Assembly: GCF_000007825.1 (NCBI RefSeq)
Contig: NC_004722.1
Location: 818,882-842,881, forward strand
Reading direction: 5' to 3'
Source of the DNA: Bacillus cereus ATCC 14579
GTDB taxonomy: Bacteria; Bacillota; Bacilli; Bacillales; Bacillaceae_G
Length of the DNA stretch: 24,000 bases
Part shown: positions 14,171 to 21,926 of the stretch, in pieces
Numbering within the stretch: the first letter of the stretch is position 1
Layout: each line of letters begins with the position of its first letter
Notes under the pieces: model-generated
Seen by the model: only the letters and a program-made list of their open reading frames with translations
Database searches by the model: none
What the model was told of the DNA's origin: nothing
Made by a program: the position numbers and the translations under genes

Positions 14171-15910
14171 TTAATACGTGGATGGCTGTATCCATAACTT
14201 CGCAAAATTTGCCCAACCAAATGAATCAATTGTTACGTTTTTTAAAGAAGAAGGGTATGTTTTTCTTTTTAAAACGTGATAGTTAAATAAAATGATGTGT
14301 TCTGTTTGTAAAAATTCTTCGACCTCATACATGAGCTCGTAGCGTTTTTCTTTATTTTCTTCTAATAAAAAGGTATCAAGTAAACAGTTAATTTGTTTTT
14401 CATAGTGTGGGTCCATGAACCGATTTATGAAGCAACTTTTATTTTTAAATACATTTAAGAATGCAAGTTCATGATCGGCAGCAAACACTTCTCCCATGAA
14501 AATAATATCGGCATGTTGATCGATAGAACGGTTCATATAATCTGAAACGAGAAAGGGGTGAAGCTCTACTTGTATACCTAAACTTTCACATCGTTCTTTT
14601 AGGAAATATGCGTCATTTGCACTATCTTTAAATGCGAAGAAGTAAATATGTATCGTTTCTCCATTATAGGTGCTCTTTTTTAAATACTCTTTCGCTTTTT
14701 CTAAAGAGTAAGCTCTTTTAGAAGCTTGGCGACTTCTTTCAGGGAAAAAGCTTGATGCAGCAATTGTTCGTCTACCCTCTATGCTACGAAGTATCGTTTC
14801 AACATCATATAGTTCTCTCCAAGCCTTTCGAAAGTAAATATCGTGATGAGGACCAGGTTTTGTAAAGTTGAAGCTAGCATAAATACAACCTATTTCTTCT
14901 ATTTGTATATCATGCCTTTCATTTTCCTCTTCGTTTGGTAGTTCATAATCAGCATCTATTTGCACATGGTCAGGAATACCCCAAAATTCAATACGGTCTA
15001 ATAATGCGCGCTCTTTAAAATAATGAGTGAACGCTTCGAGTACGATATTATCTTCAGAGTAATGAGCAAGTTTGAAAGGTCCAGTACCTATATAATGATG
15101 ATTTTGAATACTCGTATCACGCGGTAAAATTGCGAGCTGCATGGAACTTACATAGTGTAAGAAAAATAAATTTGGTTTTGCTAAATGAAATCGAATTTGC
15201 AGTGGTGATGGCGTTTCAATTTGAACAATTTCTTCTGTTAACCATTCGAAAGGAGAGTGAACCTCTTTTAGTCTTTCAAATGAAAATTGTACATCTTTAG
15301 AAGTTAAAACTGTTTCGTTATGAAAATATACATCCTTTCGTAAATAAAAAGTCCACGTAAGCCCGTCTTCACTTAATTCCCACGTATGCGCAATGTGTGG
15401 TTCCATTTTTTCAGTAACATCGTTATAGACGACTAACGTATCAAAAATTTGACTCGTAAGATGGCTCTCTGTAGTTACAGCCACAAAAGCCGGATCTAAT
15501 GGGAATATCTTTCTCGATATAGGAATCTTTAATATGTCGTACATATCATTTGAAGGTTCGTATCCAAAATGATGATGTAGTTTGTTTTCTATCTTTTTTT
15601 GAAGTGCAGGGGGTAGGGGTTCTTTTAAAAGAAGAAAAACATCCTTTAATTTTTCTTGCGCTAACAGGTCATCTGTATAGGACTCAATCGCTTCTACGAA
15701 ATTATGTATAAATAGAATTTCCGTTTTATTTCCGCGGCCTCGCCCTGGAGTCCAGCTAATTAATTGCTCCTCGCTCATTTTCTTTAATAAAATCTTTACG
15801 TTTTTCGTACTGCAATATAAAACATCCGCTAATTCTTGTAAGCTATTTCGCATATGTTGTTGATCTTGTGCATGTAGTCTTAGTCTAATGTAATAGTCCA
15901 TAATTTTCAT
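14171..15910 (-). CDS. SgrR-family regulator (N-terminal wHTH fused to a family-5 solute-binding domain)
   Basis: N-terminus 'DYYIRLR...SLQELADVLYCSTKNVKILLKKMSEEQLISWTPGRGRGNKTEI' matches the SgrR_N pattern. The remaining ~480 aa resemble the SBP_bac_5 (peptide/nickel-type) fold. There is no signal peptide. I place the start at the Met of 'MKIMDYY' with RBS AGGAAG. Confidence 0.7.
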   Translation of the reverse strand: MKIMDYYIRLRLHAQDQQHMRNSLQELADVLYCSTKNVKILLKKMSEEQLISWTPGRGRGNKTEILFIHNFVEAIESYTDDLLAQEKLKDVFLLLKEPLPPALQKKIENKLHHHFGYEPSNDMYDILKIPISRKIFPLDPAFVAVTTESHLTSQIFDTLVVYNDVTEKMEPHIAHTWELSEDGLTWTFYLRKDVYFHNETVLTSKDVQFSFERLKEVHSPFEWLTEEIVQIETPSPLQIRFHLAKPNLFFLHYVSSMQLAILPRDTSIQNHHYIGTGPFKLAHYSEDNIVLEAFTHYFKERALLDRIEFWGIPDHVQIDADYELPNEEENERHDIQIEEIGCIYASFNFTKPGPHHDIYFRKAWRELYDVETILRSIEGRRTIAASSFFPERSRQASKRAYSLEKAKEYLKKSTYNGETIHIYFFAFKDSANDAYFLKERCESLGIQVELHPFLVSDYMNRSIDQHADIIFMGEVFAADHELAFLNVFKNKSCFINRFMDPHYEKQINCLLDTFLLEENKEKRYELMYEVEEFLQTEHIILFNYHVLKRKTYPSSLKNVTIDSFGWANFAKLWIQPSTY

Positions 15911-16015
15911 ATATACACTTCCTTCTATCATAAAAGGGGAAACTCTTTAGAATATTCTAACCTTTTTCTTCCTTTTTTTCAAAGTAAAATAAGTAAGCAT
16001 AAGGAGGGGGAAACA

Positions 16016-17278
16016 ATGGGATTTTGGAGTATGCATCGAAATATAAAAATTAGAATTATAACTTCGTTTTTAACACGTACTGTGTCCACGATGATTTTTC
16101 CATTTATGGCGATTTATTTTTCAATAAAGTTAGGTAGTGCGGTTGCTGGTGCGTTACTACTCATTAATGTCATAGTTTCATTAGTAATTGGTTTATACGG
16201 TGGATATGTTGGAGACCTGCTTGGGCGTAAAAAGGTTATGATTATCGGTCAAAGTATACAAGTCATTTCTATTGCTTGTATGGGAGTTGCGAATTCGGAT
16301 TATGTAGATTCACCGTGGTTAACATTTATCTTTATGCTAGTGAATAGTTTAGGATCTGGACTTATGAATCCTGCGACAGAGGCGATGTTAATTGATGTGA
16401 GTACACCTGAAAATCGAAAAGTAATGTACAGCATTAATTATTGGGCTATTAATTTATCCATTGCGATTGGAGCAATATTTGGTGGATTACTATTTGAAAA
16501 CTATAGATTGCAATTGTTTATCGTATTAACGCTTGTTGCGATTATTACTCTATATGTGATGGCTGTGTATATGGAAGAAGTGTATGTAGCACGAAAAACG
16601 GTGGAGAAGAAAAATGTATTAAAAGGTATGGCAGATAGTTATAAAGTCGTGATGAAAGATAAAGCATTTTTAATTTTTTGTGCAGCGAGTATATGTACAT
16701 TGTCTTTAGAGTTTCAAATTAATAATTATTTAGGTGTTCGCTTGCAGAAGGAATTTGAAACGGTGCACTTTTTCTTTGGAAATGGTGTTACGTTTGATTT
16801 AACAGGTATTCGCATGCTGAGCTGGATATCAGCGGAGAATACAATTTTAGTTGTGTTATGTTCAGCACTTCTTATTAAAATGCTGAAAAGCTTCAACGAT
16901 TTGAAAATCTTATATGTAGGTTTATTCATTTATACAATTGGATTTACAATACTCGGAACGAGCAATAGCTTATGGATTTTATTAATTGCAGGGCTTTTCC
17001 AAACGGTAGGTGAGATGATGTATGTGCCAGTGCGTCAATCTATTATGGCAGATATGGTGCCAAATGAGGCAAGAGGTTCTTATATGGCGATTAACGGAAT
17101 GGTCTTTCAAGTGGCAAAAATGAACGGGGCATTAGATGTTATGCTAGGTTCATTTATTGCATCTTGGGGCATGAGTGCTCTGTACTTTATCGTTGGTATG
17201 AGCAGTATTTTATTATTTATGAAGGCGATAGGGAAAGAGAAGTATGAGGATGAGAGAAATGTTTCTCAAATTGGATGA
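16016..17278 (+). CDS. MFS transporter (12 TMS)
   Basis: 420 aa and hydrophobic. MFS motif A 'GYVGDLLGRKKVMI'. Strong RBS AGGAGGGGG. Divergent from the SgrR-like regulator. Confidence 0.85.
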   Translation: MGFWSMHRNIKIRIITSFLTRTVSTMIFPFMAIYFSIKLGSAVAGALLLINVIVSLVIGLYGGYVGDLLGRKKVMIIGQSIQVISIACMGVANSDYVDSPWLTFIFMLVNSLGSGLMNPATEAMLIDVSTPENRKVMYSINYWAINLSIAIGAIFGGLLFENYRLQLFIVLTLVAIITLYVMAVYMEEVYVARKTVEKKNVLKGMADSYKVVMKDKAFLIFCAASICTLSLEFQINNYLGVRLQKEFETVHFFFGNGVTFDLTGIRMLSWISAENTILVVLCSALLIKMLKSFNDLKILYVGLFIYTIGFTILGTSNSLWILLIAGLFQTVGEMMYVPVRQSIMADMVPNEARGSYMAINGMVFQVAKMNGALDVMLGSFIASWGMSALYFIVGMSSILLFMKAIGKEKYEDERNVSQIG

Positions 17279-17287
17279 AACTATATA

Positions 17288-17320
17288 AAAGCGAACCAGT
17301 TATACTGGGACTCGCTTTTT
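17288..17320. terminator. Bidirectional terminator between the MFS gene (+) and the small ORF (-)
   Basis: AAAGCGA..CCAG-ttata-CTGG..TCGCTTT composite hairpin with flanking A and T runs. Confidence 0.75.
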
Positions 17321-17329
17321 ATATAATTT

Positions 17330-17533
17330 TTAGAACGGATCAACTTCAGCTAAATCAGGGTTAGCATTCGGATTTGTTAATAAGGTTTTCAGCTCACCTA
17401 CTTCTGAGAGAGCAACGAGGATATAACCACTAATAAGAACGATGAGTCCAATGACCCGTAATGTTTGCAGTGTAATATCACGGCTATTGTTTTCGGAGTT
17501 GTCTTGGGGCGGAGAAGGTGGATTATTGTTCAT
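17330..17533 (-). CDS. Small hypothetical membrane protein (67 aa, one TM helix, Pro/Asn-rich N-terminus)
   Basis: RBS GGGAG lies 7 nt upstream of the ATG. The central TM segment is 'VIGLIVLISGYILVAL'. It has its own candidate promoter TTCTCA-17-TATAAT (17625-17597, minus strand) and a downstream terminator. Confidence 0.55.
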   Translation of the reverse strand: MNNNPPSPPQDNSENNSRDITLQTLRVIGLIVLISGYILVALSEVGELKTLLTNPNANPDLAEVDPF

Positions 17534-17666
17534 AGTTAGGCTCCCATCTTTTGTATTTATATATGTTCGAAATCATTATTTAACTTATGGATAGGAATTA
17601 TATAGTCATTTTCACTATATGAGAACTGCCTATGAAAAGTGATAAGGAATTTTTGGGCGAGAAAAA

Positions 17667-17717
17667 GGGGGAATCCAAAAGATTATTAAAACTGAACTTT
17701 TGGATTCCCCTCTTTTT
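17667..17717. terminator. Strong bidirectional terminator (ends the katE-pfpI operon on the minus strand)
   Basis: GGGGGAATCCAAAAG-n15-CTTTTGGATTCCCCT (about 15-bp stem) flanked by AAAAA and TTTTT. Confidence 0.85.
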
Positions 17718-17732
17718 ATTTATCTTGCTATT

Positions 17733-17814
17733 TGTGGTGGTCGGATTGCCTGTAAACGACCAGTTGGTGAGGGCTAATTAATCAGTGGGGGATGAATAAA
17801 ACCCCACTGATTAA
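17733..17814. repeat. Partial, diverged copy of the bcr1-like repeat (3' ~80 nt only)
   Basis: Aligns with 449-528 in the same orientation. It is nearly identical over the last ~45 nt, including the AATCAGTGGGG/CCCCACTGATT hairpin, and roughly two-thirds identical over the preceding ~40 nt. Confidence 0.6.
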
Positions 17815-17843
17815 CTATTTTCATGTAAATAAAAGGAGGTTAG

Positions 17844-18359
17844 TTATCCTAATATACGCAACGATTCTTCAATAAACGCTGGGATGTCCTCTGGCTGTCT
17901 ACTTGTTACTAGCTGATTTTGACATACGACAACCTCTTTGTCATGAAAGTTCCCGCCGGCATTTTTCAAATCGACTTCAATAGATTTATATCCAGTGACA
18001 TCACGTCCTTCAAGTGTTTGTGCAGTGATGAGTAGCTGAGGTCCGTGACAAATAGCGAAAACAGGTTTTTCCGCATCCATAAATGCTTTACTAAAGCGAA
18101 CAAAACGTTCATCTGCACGAAGTATATCTGGAGAAAATCCACCCGGTATGAAGAGGGCATCAAAGTTCTCTGGAGAAACATCATCAATACTTTTATCAAT
18201 TACGACTTCACTTTTTCCTTGCTTACCGTGTACTGTTTTCCCTTTTTCCATTTCAATAGTTGTTAATTCATATTCCTTTTGATTAAAAGCTGCTACTGGC
18301 TCTGTGTATTCTGTGTCCTCGAAATAATCCGTTATTAAAATAGCAATTTTTTTACTCAT
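17844..18359 (-). CDS. DJ-1/PfpI-family protein (general-stress 'protease I'/glyoxalase III-like)
   Basis: 171 aa with the nucleophile-elbow motif 'AICHGPQLL' and 'DALFIPGG'. RBS AAGGAGCGG. It lies 18 nt downstream of katE. Confidence 0.85.
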   Translation of the reverse strand: MSKKIAILITDYFEDTEYTEPVAAFNQKEYELTTIEMEKGKTVHGKQGKSEVVIDKSIDDVSPENFDALFIPGGFSPDILRADERFVRFSKAFMDAEKPVFAICHGPQLLITAQTLEGRDVTGYKSIEVDLKNAGGNFHDKEVVVCQNQLVTSRQPEDIPAFIEESLRILG

Positions 18360-18377
18360 TCTAATCCGCTCCTTATA

Positions 18378-20375
18378 TTATCGGTTCCAGAATCTTCCTT
18401 GGGCAATACCTTCTATAAATGATTCAATTGAAGTGTTTGTTAGGTTATAAACTCCTGCTCCATCCAGTTTAATCTTACTATTGTCCAAAGCATGAGGATT
18501 ACTAAGGACATGAGCTATCGGTTTAAAATGTTTAAAAGTAGTTTCTGTAAATTCTAAAACAGGGGGGTGAATGACAGACTCACTACTAAACACTAATACT
18601 GCATCAAAAAGCGAAGAGTCTGTTGTTGTATAAGTATCAGTTACTTTAATGGAATCATTGAAATGATAAATTTTATTATCTATGATGCTATAGTTCATTC
18701 GGTGCTGTGCAAAAGCTTGAATCCATTCGGACAGAAGGGAGACGCTTGGGTCACCATTTAATAGAATTGCGACATTTTTAGAATCAGATTTAAAAATAGT
18801 ATTGGACATACTTAGTGCAGGTGATTTTGCATCTGAATTTACTTCGTGATTTTCTTTAGGTAAAGGAGCTCCAACAATGTTAGCGACTTCTTGTGCTAAT
18901 TGACGATCGACGTGGTTTAGGAGAGCAATTACATTTGCCTTCACCATGTCTGATTTACACTTCCCAACTTCAAAGCAAAAAGCTTCTTTTATGTGCTGCT
19001 TTTCAATAGGGCTCATACTATTGTAGAAAAGTTTAGCCTGAGAATAAAAGTTAAGAAAGCTTTTACTACGACCTCTAATTTTATGCCCATCAATCTTTTC
19101 TTGATAATGTTCATATCCTCCTTGTTCGGCTTGGACGGTTGCAGGTTGATTGTTATTTAATCCGTTAGGATGATAGCTTGTCTGACCGCGATGAATCTGC
19201 ATTTGATGCATACCATCACGTTGATTATTATGAAAAGGACATACGGGTTGATTGATAGGGATTTGATGGAAATTAGGGCCCCCTAAACGAGATAATTGTG
19301 TATCTGTATAGGAGAATAATCTTCCTTGCAGAAGAGGGTCATTTGAAAAATCAATACCTGGTACGACATGACCAGGGTGAAAAGCTACCTGCTCTGTTTC
19401 AGCAAAGAAGTTATCAACATTTTTGTTCAATGTCATTTTACCAACTAATTTTACGGGAACTTCTTCTTCTGGCCATAATTTCGTTGGATCTAAAATATCA
19501 AAATCAAATTTATGTTCATCTTCTTCTGGAATTAACTGTAATCCAAGCTCCCATTCAGGATAATCCCCTTTTTCAATTGCTTCGTATAAATCTTGACGAT
19601 GAAAATCAGGATTTTTCCCAGCAATCCTTTGAGCTTCATCCCATACTAATGAATGAACCCCAAGGGTAGGTTTCCAGTGAAACTTTACGAAATGGGCTTT
19701 TCCTGCTGTGTTAATGAGTCGAAATGTGTGAACTCCAAAACCTTCCATCATTCGTAAACTACGCGGAATAGCTCGGTCGCTCATTTGCCACATGACCATA
19801 TGAGTGGACTCAGGATTATGCGCAACAAAGTCCCAAAAGGTATCATGAGCGCTAGCTCCTTGAGGAATATCATTATGTGGTTCTGGTTTAACTGCATGGA
19901 CAAAATCAGGAAATTTAATAGCATCTTGGATAAAGAATACGGGCATATTATTACCCACTAAATCATAGTTTCCTTCATCTGTATAAAATTTTGTGGCGAA
20001 TCCGCGTACATCTCTTACTGTGTCGTTGGATCCTTTAGAACCTTGAACGGTTGAGAACCGTACAAATACAGGTGTTTTCTTTGAAGGATTAGTAAGGAAA
20101 TCTGCTTTTGTATAGGCTTCTAACGATTCATAAAGCTGAAAATAACCATGTACGCCAACTCCGCGCGCATGAACAATTCTTTCAGGAATTCGTTCATGAT
20201 CAAAGTGGGTCATTTTCTCGCGAAAGTGGAAATCCTCCATTAAGGTTGGGCCTCTTAAGCCCATCTTTAAAGAAAATTCATCCTCGGCTATTTTTACTCC
20301 TTGGTTTGTTGTTAAAGCATGTTTGCGTTGATTATCCGTAACATGGTGCTTCAATTGCTCCATTTTTTTATTCAC
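18378..20375 (-). CDS. katE: Large-subunit (HPII-type, clade 2) monofunctional catalase
   Basis: 665 aa. Catalase core motifs are '[15 protein letters not shown]'-like ('[17 protein letters not shown]'), 'RFSTV', 'VRDVRGFA' and 'RLFSYTDTQ'. The extra ~150-aa C-terminal flavodoxin/DJ-1-like domain is typical of KatE. GTG start with RBS AGGAGGGG 8 nt upstream. Confidence 0.95.
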   Translation of the reverse strand: MNKKMEQLKHHVTDNQRKHALTTNQGVKIAEDEFSLKMGLRGPTLMEDFHFREKMTHFDHERIPERIVHARGVGVHGYFQLYESLEAYTKADFLTNPSKKTPVFVRFSTVQGSKGSNDTVRDVRGFATKFYTDEGNYDLVGNNMPVFFIQDAIKFPDFVHAVKPEPHNDIPQGASAHDTFWDFVAHNPESTHMVMWQMSDRAIPRSLRMMEGFGVHTFRLINTAGKAHFVKFHWKPTLGVHSLVWDEAQRIAGKNPDFHRQDLYEAIEKGDYPEWELGLQLIPEEDEHKFDFDILDPTKLWPEEEVPVKLVGKMTLNKNVDNFFAETEQVAFHPGHVVPGIDFSNDPLLQGRLFSYTDTQLSRLGGPNFHQIPINQPVCPFHNNQRDGMHQMQIHRGQTSYHPNGLNNNQPATVQAEQGGYEHYQEKIDGHKIRGRSKSFLNFYSQAKLFYNSMSPIEKQHIKEAFCFEVGKCKSDMVKANVIALLNHVDRQLAQEVANIVGAPLPKENHEVNSDAKSPALSMSNTIFKSDSKNVAILLNGDPSVSLLSEWIQAFAQHRMNYSIIDNKIYHFNDSIKVTDTYTTTDSSLFDAVLVFSSESVIHPPVLEFTETTFKHFKPIAHVLSNPHALDNSKIKLDGAGVYNLTNTSIESFIEGIAQGRFWNR

Positions 20376-20411
20376 AATATAGGCCCCTCCTTTACTTTGT
20401 TAATTTAATAG

Positions 20412-20436
20412 ATACCCTTTTTATTAGGACGTAAAC
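20412..20436 (-). promoter_or_regulatory. SigB-type promoter GTTTAC-13-GGGTAT for katE-pfpI
   Basis: The minus strand reads GTTTAC (20436-20431), a 13-nt spacer, then GGGTAT (20417-12). This matches the Bacillus SigB consensus GTTTAA-N12-15-GGGTAT, with the -10 element ending 36 nt upstream of the start codon. Confidence 0.8.
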
Positions 20437-20593
20437 ATGTATTATGATTTTTGTATGTAAAAATCATAATTAAACCCTAAAACATCAAGGGGAAGAAAGG
20501 GGGGGTGTATAGCACTCTATGCTTAAGAAAAACAGGAGTAACATACCTAAAGTTTTTAATTAAGTATGAACGATAGGTTTAACATTAAAAAAT

Positions 20594-20634
20594 AAAAAAG
20601 CCAAGGAGAAAATTTATTTGCTCCTTGGCTTTTA
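20594..20634. terminator. Bidirectional terminator downstream of the EcsB-like gene
   Basis: AGCCAAGGAG-n12-CTCCTTGGCT (10-bp perfect stem) flanked by AAAAAA and TTTT. Confidence 0.85.
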
Positions 20635-20649
20635 AGATAATTCTTTTCG

Positions 20650-21849
20650 TTAAAATGCGGAAATTCTTTGCTTCGTTTTTGGTACAATAATAAATTTGAT
20701 CCAGAGTAACCCGACAATCATAATGATAAGGATATGTAAAAATTGACCTGTAGCAATGAGTATAACACTCGAAAATACAATGAGTTGAATACTTAGCAAT
20801 ATAAAGATTAAGTGAAGAAATTGCTTCATCCTTTCTTCAGTATGGATTGGATATAATGCTACAATAATATTTCCCGAAAAATATTTCCACAGGGAACGGA
20901 GCTGCATAGAAATCATATATAGAACGATGTAAGCGATAGCGCCTTTTACGTATATATTTGGTATGAAATATAAGGCGAAAGCACCGATCAATCTTAAGCG
21001 AATATATATACCGAAATAATCATTTCCACGTAAAAATGCTAATGTATGTAAATAGAAGAAAGTTGCTCGTTTTTTATGTAATAAAGGTTCAATCCAATTT
21101 GTAAGCCATTTTCTTTTATTTACTTGTTTATTCAGTTGCGGAACATCTGTGAAAATGCTAGCAAATTGATAAAAACGAACGTTCATTTTTTCTTCTTGCT
21201 CGATTATGTAATCCCACGGTATTCGTTTTGTAGGCTGTTTTTTCGTATATAGAAGTAGGAAAGCAAGTAGTAAGAGTAGTCCGCCCAATATGAGAACATT
21301 TGCGGAATAAAACAGCATGTAAATGATTAGGGCGTTACAAGTAATACGAATGATTAGCCATATATTTTTTTCGTGACTATCACGCCACATCCAATGTATG
21401 TACATGTTCCAGGCTTTCGTAATCATTAACACGATAAAGATTGTACATAAAAAAGGTACAGTTAATTGCAATGATTGCATAGCAAGTGGAACGAGAATAA
21501 GGAACGTAAATAATAATGGGAAAAGCTGCATGATGTAATTGTATAGAAGAGATTTTTTAAAATAAGATGTTAATTTCTCTTCTAGTGCTAGTAAATAGAC
21601 AGCATCAGGTTTTTGAATAAATGTACGGATAGGGCATCTCGTTATAATGAATGTAAGTACAATCGTTATAATTATTAAAGATATTCCTTTAGAAGGAGAT
21701 GCTTTTAGAAACTGAGCATAATAATATGCACCAACGCATGAAATAAAGATAAAGCTATATAGTAAACCGTTAATCATACGTGCAAAGTATGTAATGATAT
21801 TTTGAATATGTTGTTGGAAGCGACTGCTCCATAGCGATTCGATTGACAT
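20650..21849 (-). CDS. Polytopic membrane protein, EcsB-like (ABC permease family) with no adjacent ATPase
   Basis: About 399 aa with roughly 8 TM helices and a central cytoplasmic segment '...WDYIIEQEEKMNVRFYQFASIFTDVPQL...KRKW'. From memory, this segment resembles the conserved EcsB core. The ATG at 21849 is preferred because the RBS AGAGGTGA lies upstream. Confidence 0.45.
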   Translation of the reverse strand: MSIESLWSSRFQQHIQNIITYFARMINGLLYSFIFISCVGAYYYAQFLKASPSKGISLIIITIVLTFIITRCPIRTFIQKPDAVYLLALEEKLTSYFKKSLLYNYIMQLFPLLFTFLILVPLAMQSLQLTVPFLCTIFIVLMITKAWNMYIHWMWRDSHEKNIWLIIRITCNALIIYMLFYSANVLILGGLLLLLAFLLLYTKKQPTKRIPWDYIIEQEEKMNVRFYQFASIFTDVPQLNKQVNKRKWLTNWIEPLLHKKRATFFYLHTLAFLRGNDYFGIYIRLRLIGAFALYFIPNIYVKGAIAYIVLYMISMQLRSLWKYFSGNIIVALYPIHTEERMKQFLHLIFILLSIQLIVFSSVILIATGQFLHILIIMIVGLLWIKFIIVPKTKQRISAF

Positions 21850-21887
21850 GTTTTTCACCTCTTTGTTCTATTATATATGTTTTACAA

Positions 21888-21926
21888 AAGAAAAAACGAG
21901 CAAATTGCGTTATGCAACTTGCCCGT
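21888..21926 (-). terminator. Rho-independent terminator of the permease gene, overlapping its stop codon
   Basis: On the minus strand: ACGGGCAAGTTGC-ataac-GCAATTTGCTCGT (13-bp stem with 2 mismatches) followed by TTTTTTCTTTTG. Confidence 0.7.

Noticed and set aside
15911-16015. An SgrS-like small RNA between the SgrR-like regulator and the MFS gene, by analogy with E. coli sgrR-sgrS-setA.
   Set aside because: Only ~105 bp separate the two start codons, and that space must hold two divergent promoters and the RBS. There is no terminator hairpin and no room for an sRNA.
20500-20600. Tiny plus-strand ORFs (MLKKNRSNIPKVFN at ~20519 and MNDRFNIKK at ~20566) ahead of the bidirectional terminator at 20594-20634.
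   Set aside because: The G-rich stretch upstream is 13 nt from the first ATG, which is too far for an RBS. The second ORF has no RBS. No promoter is evident. These are most likely chance ORFs in an AT-rich spacer.
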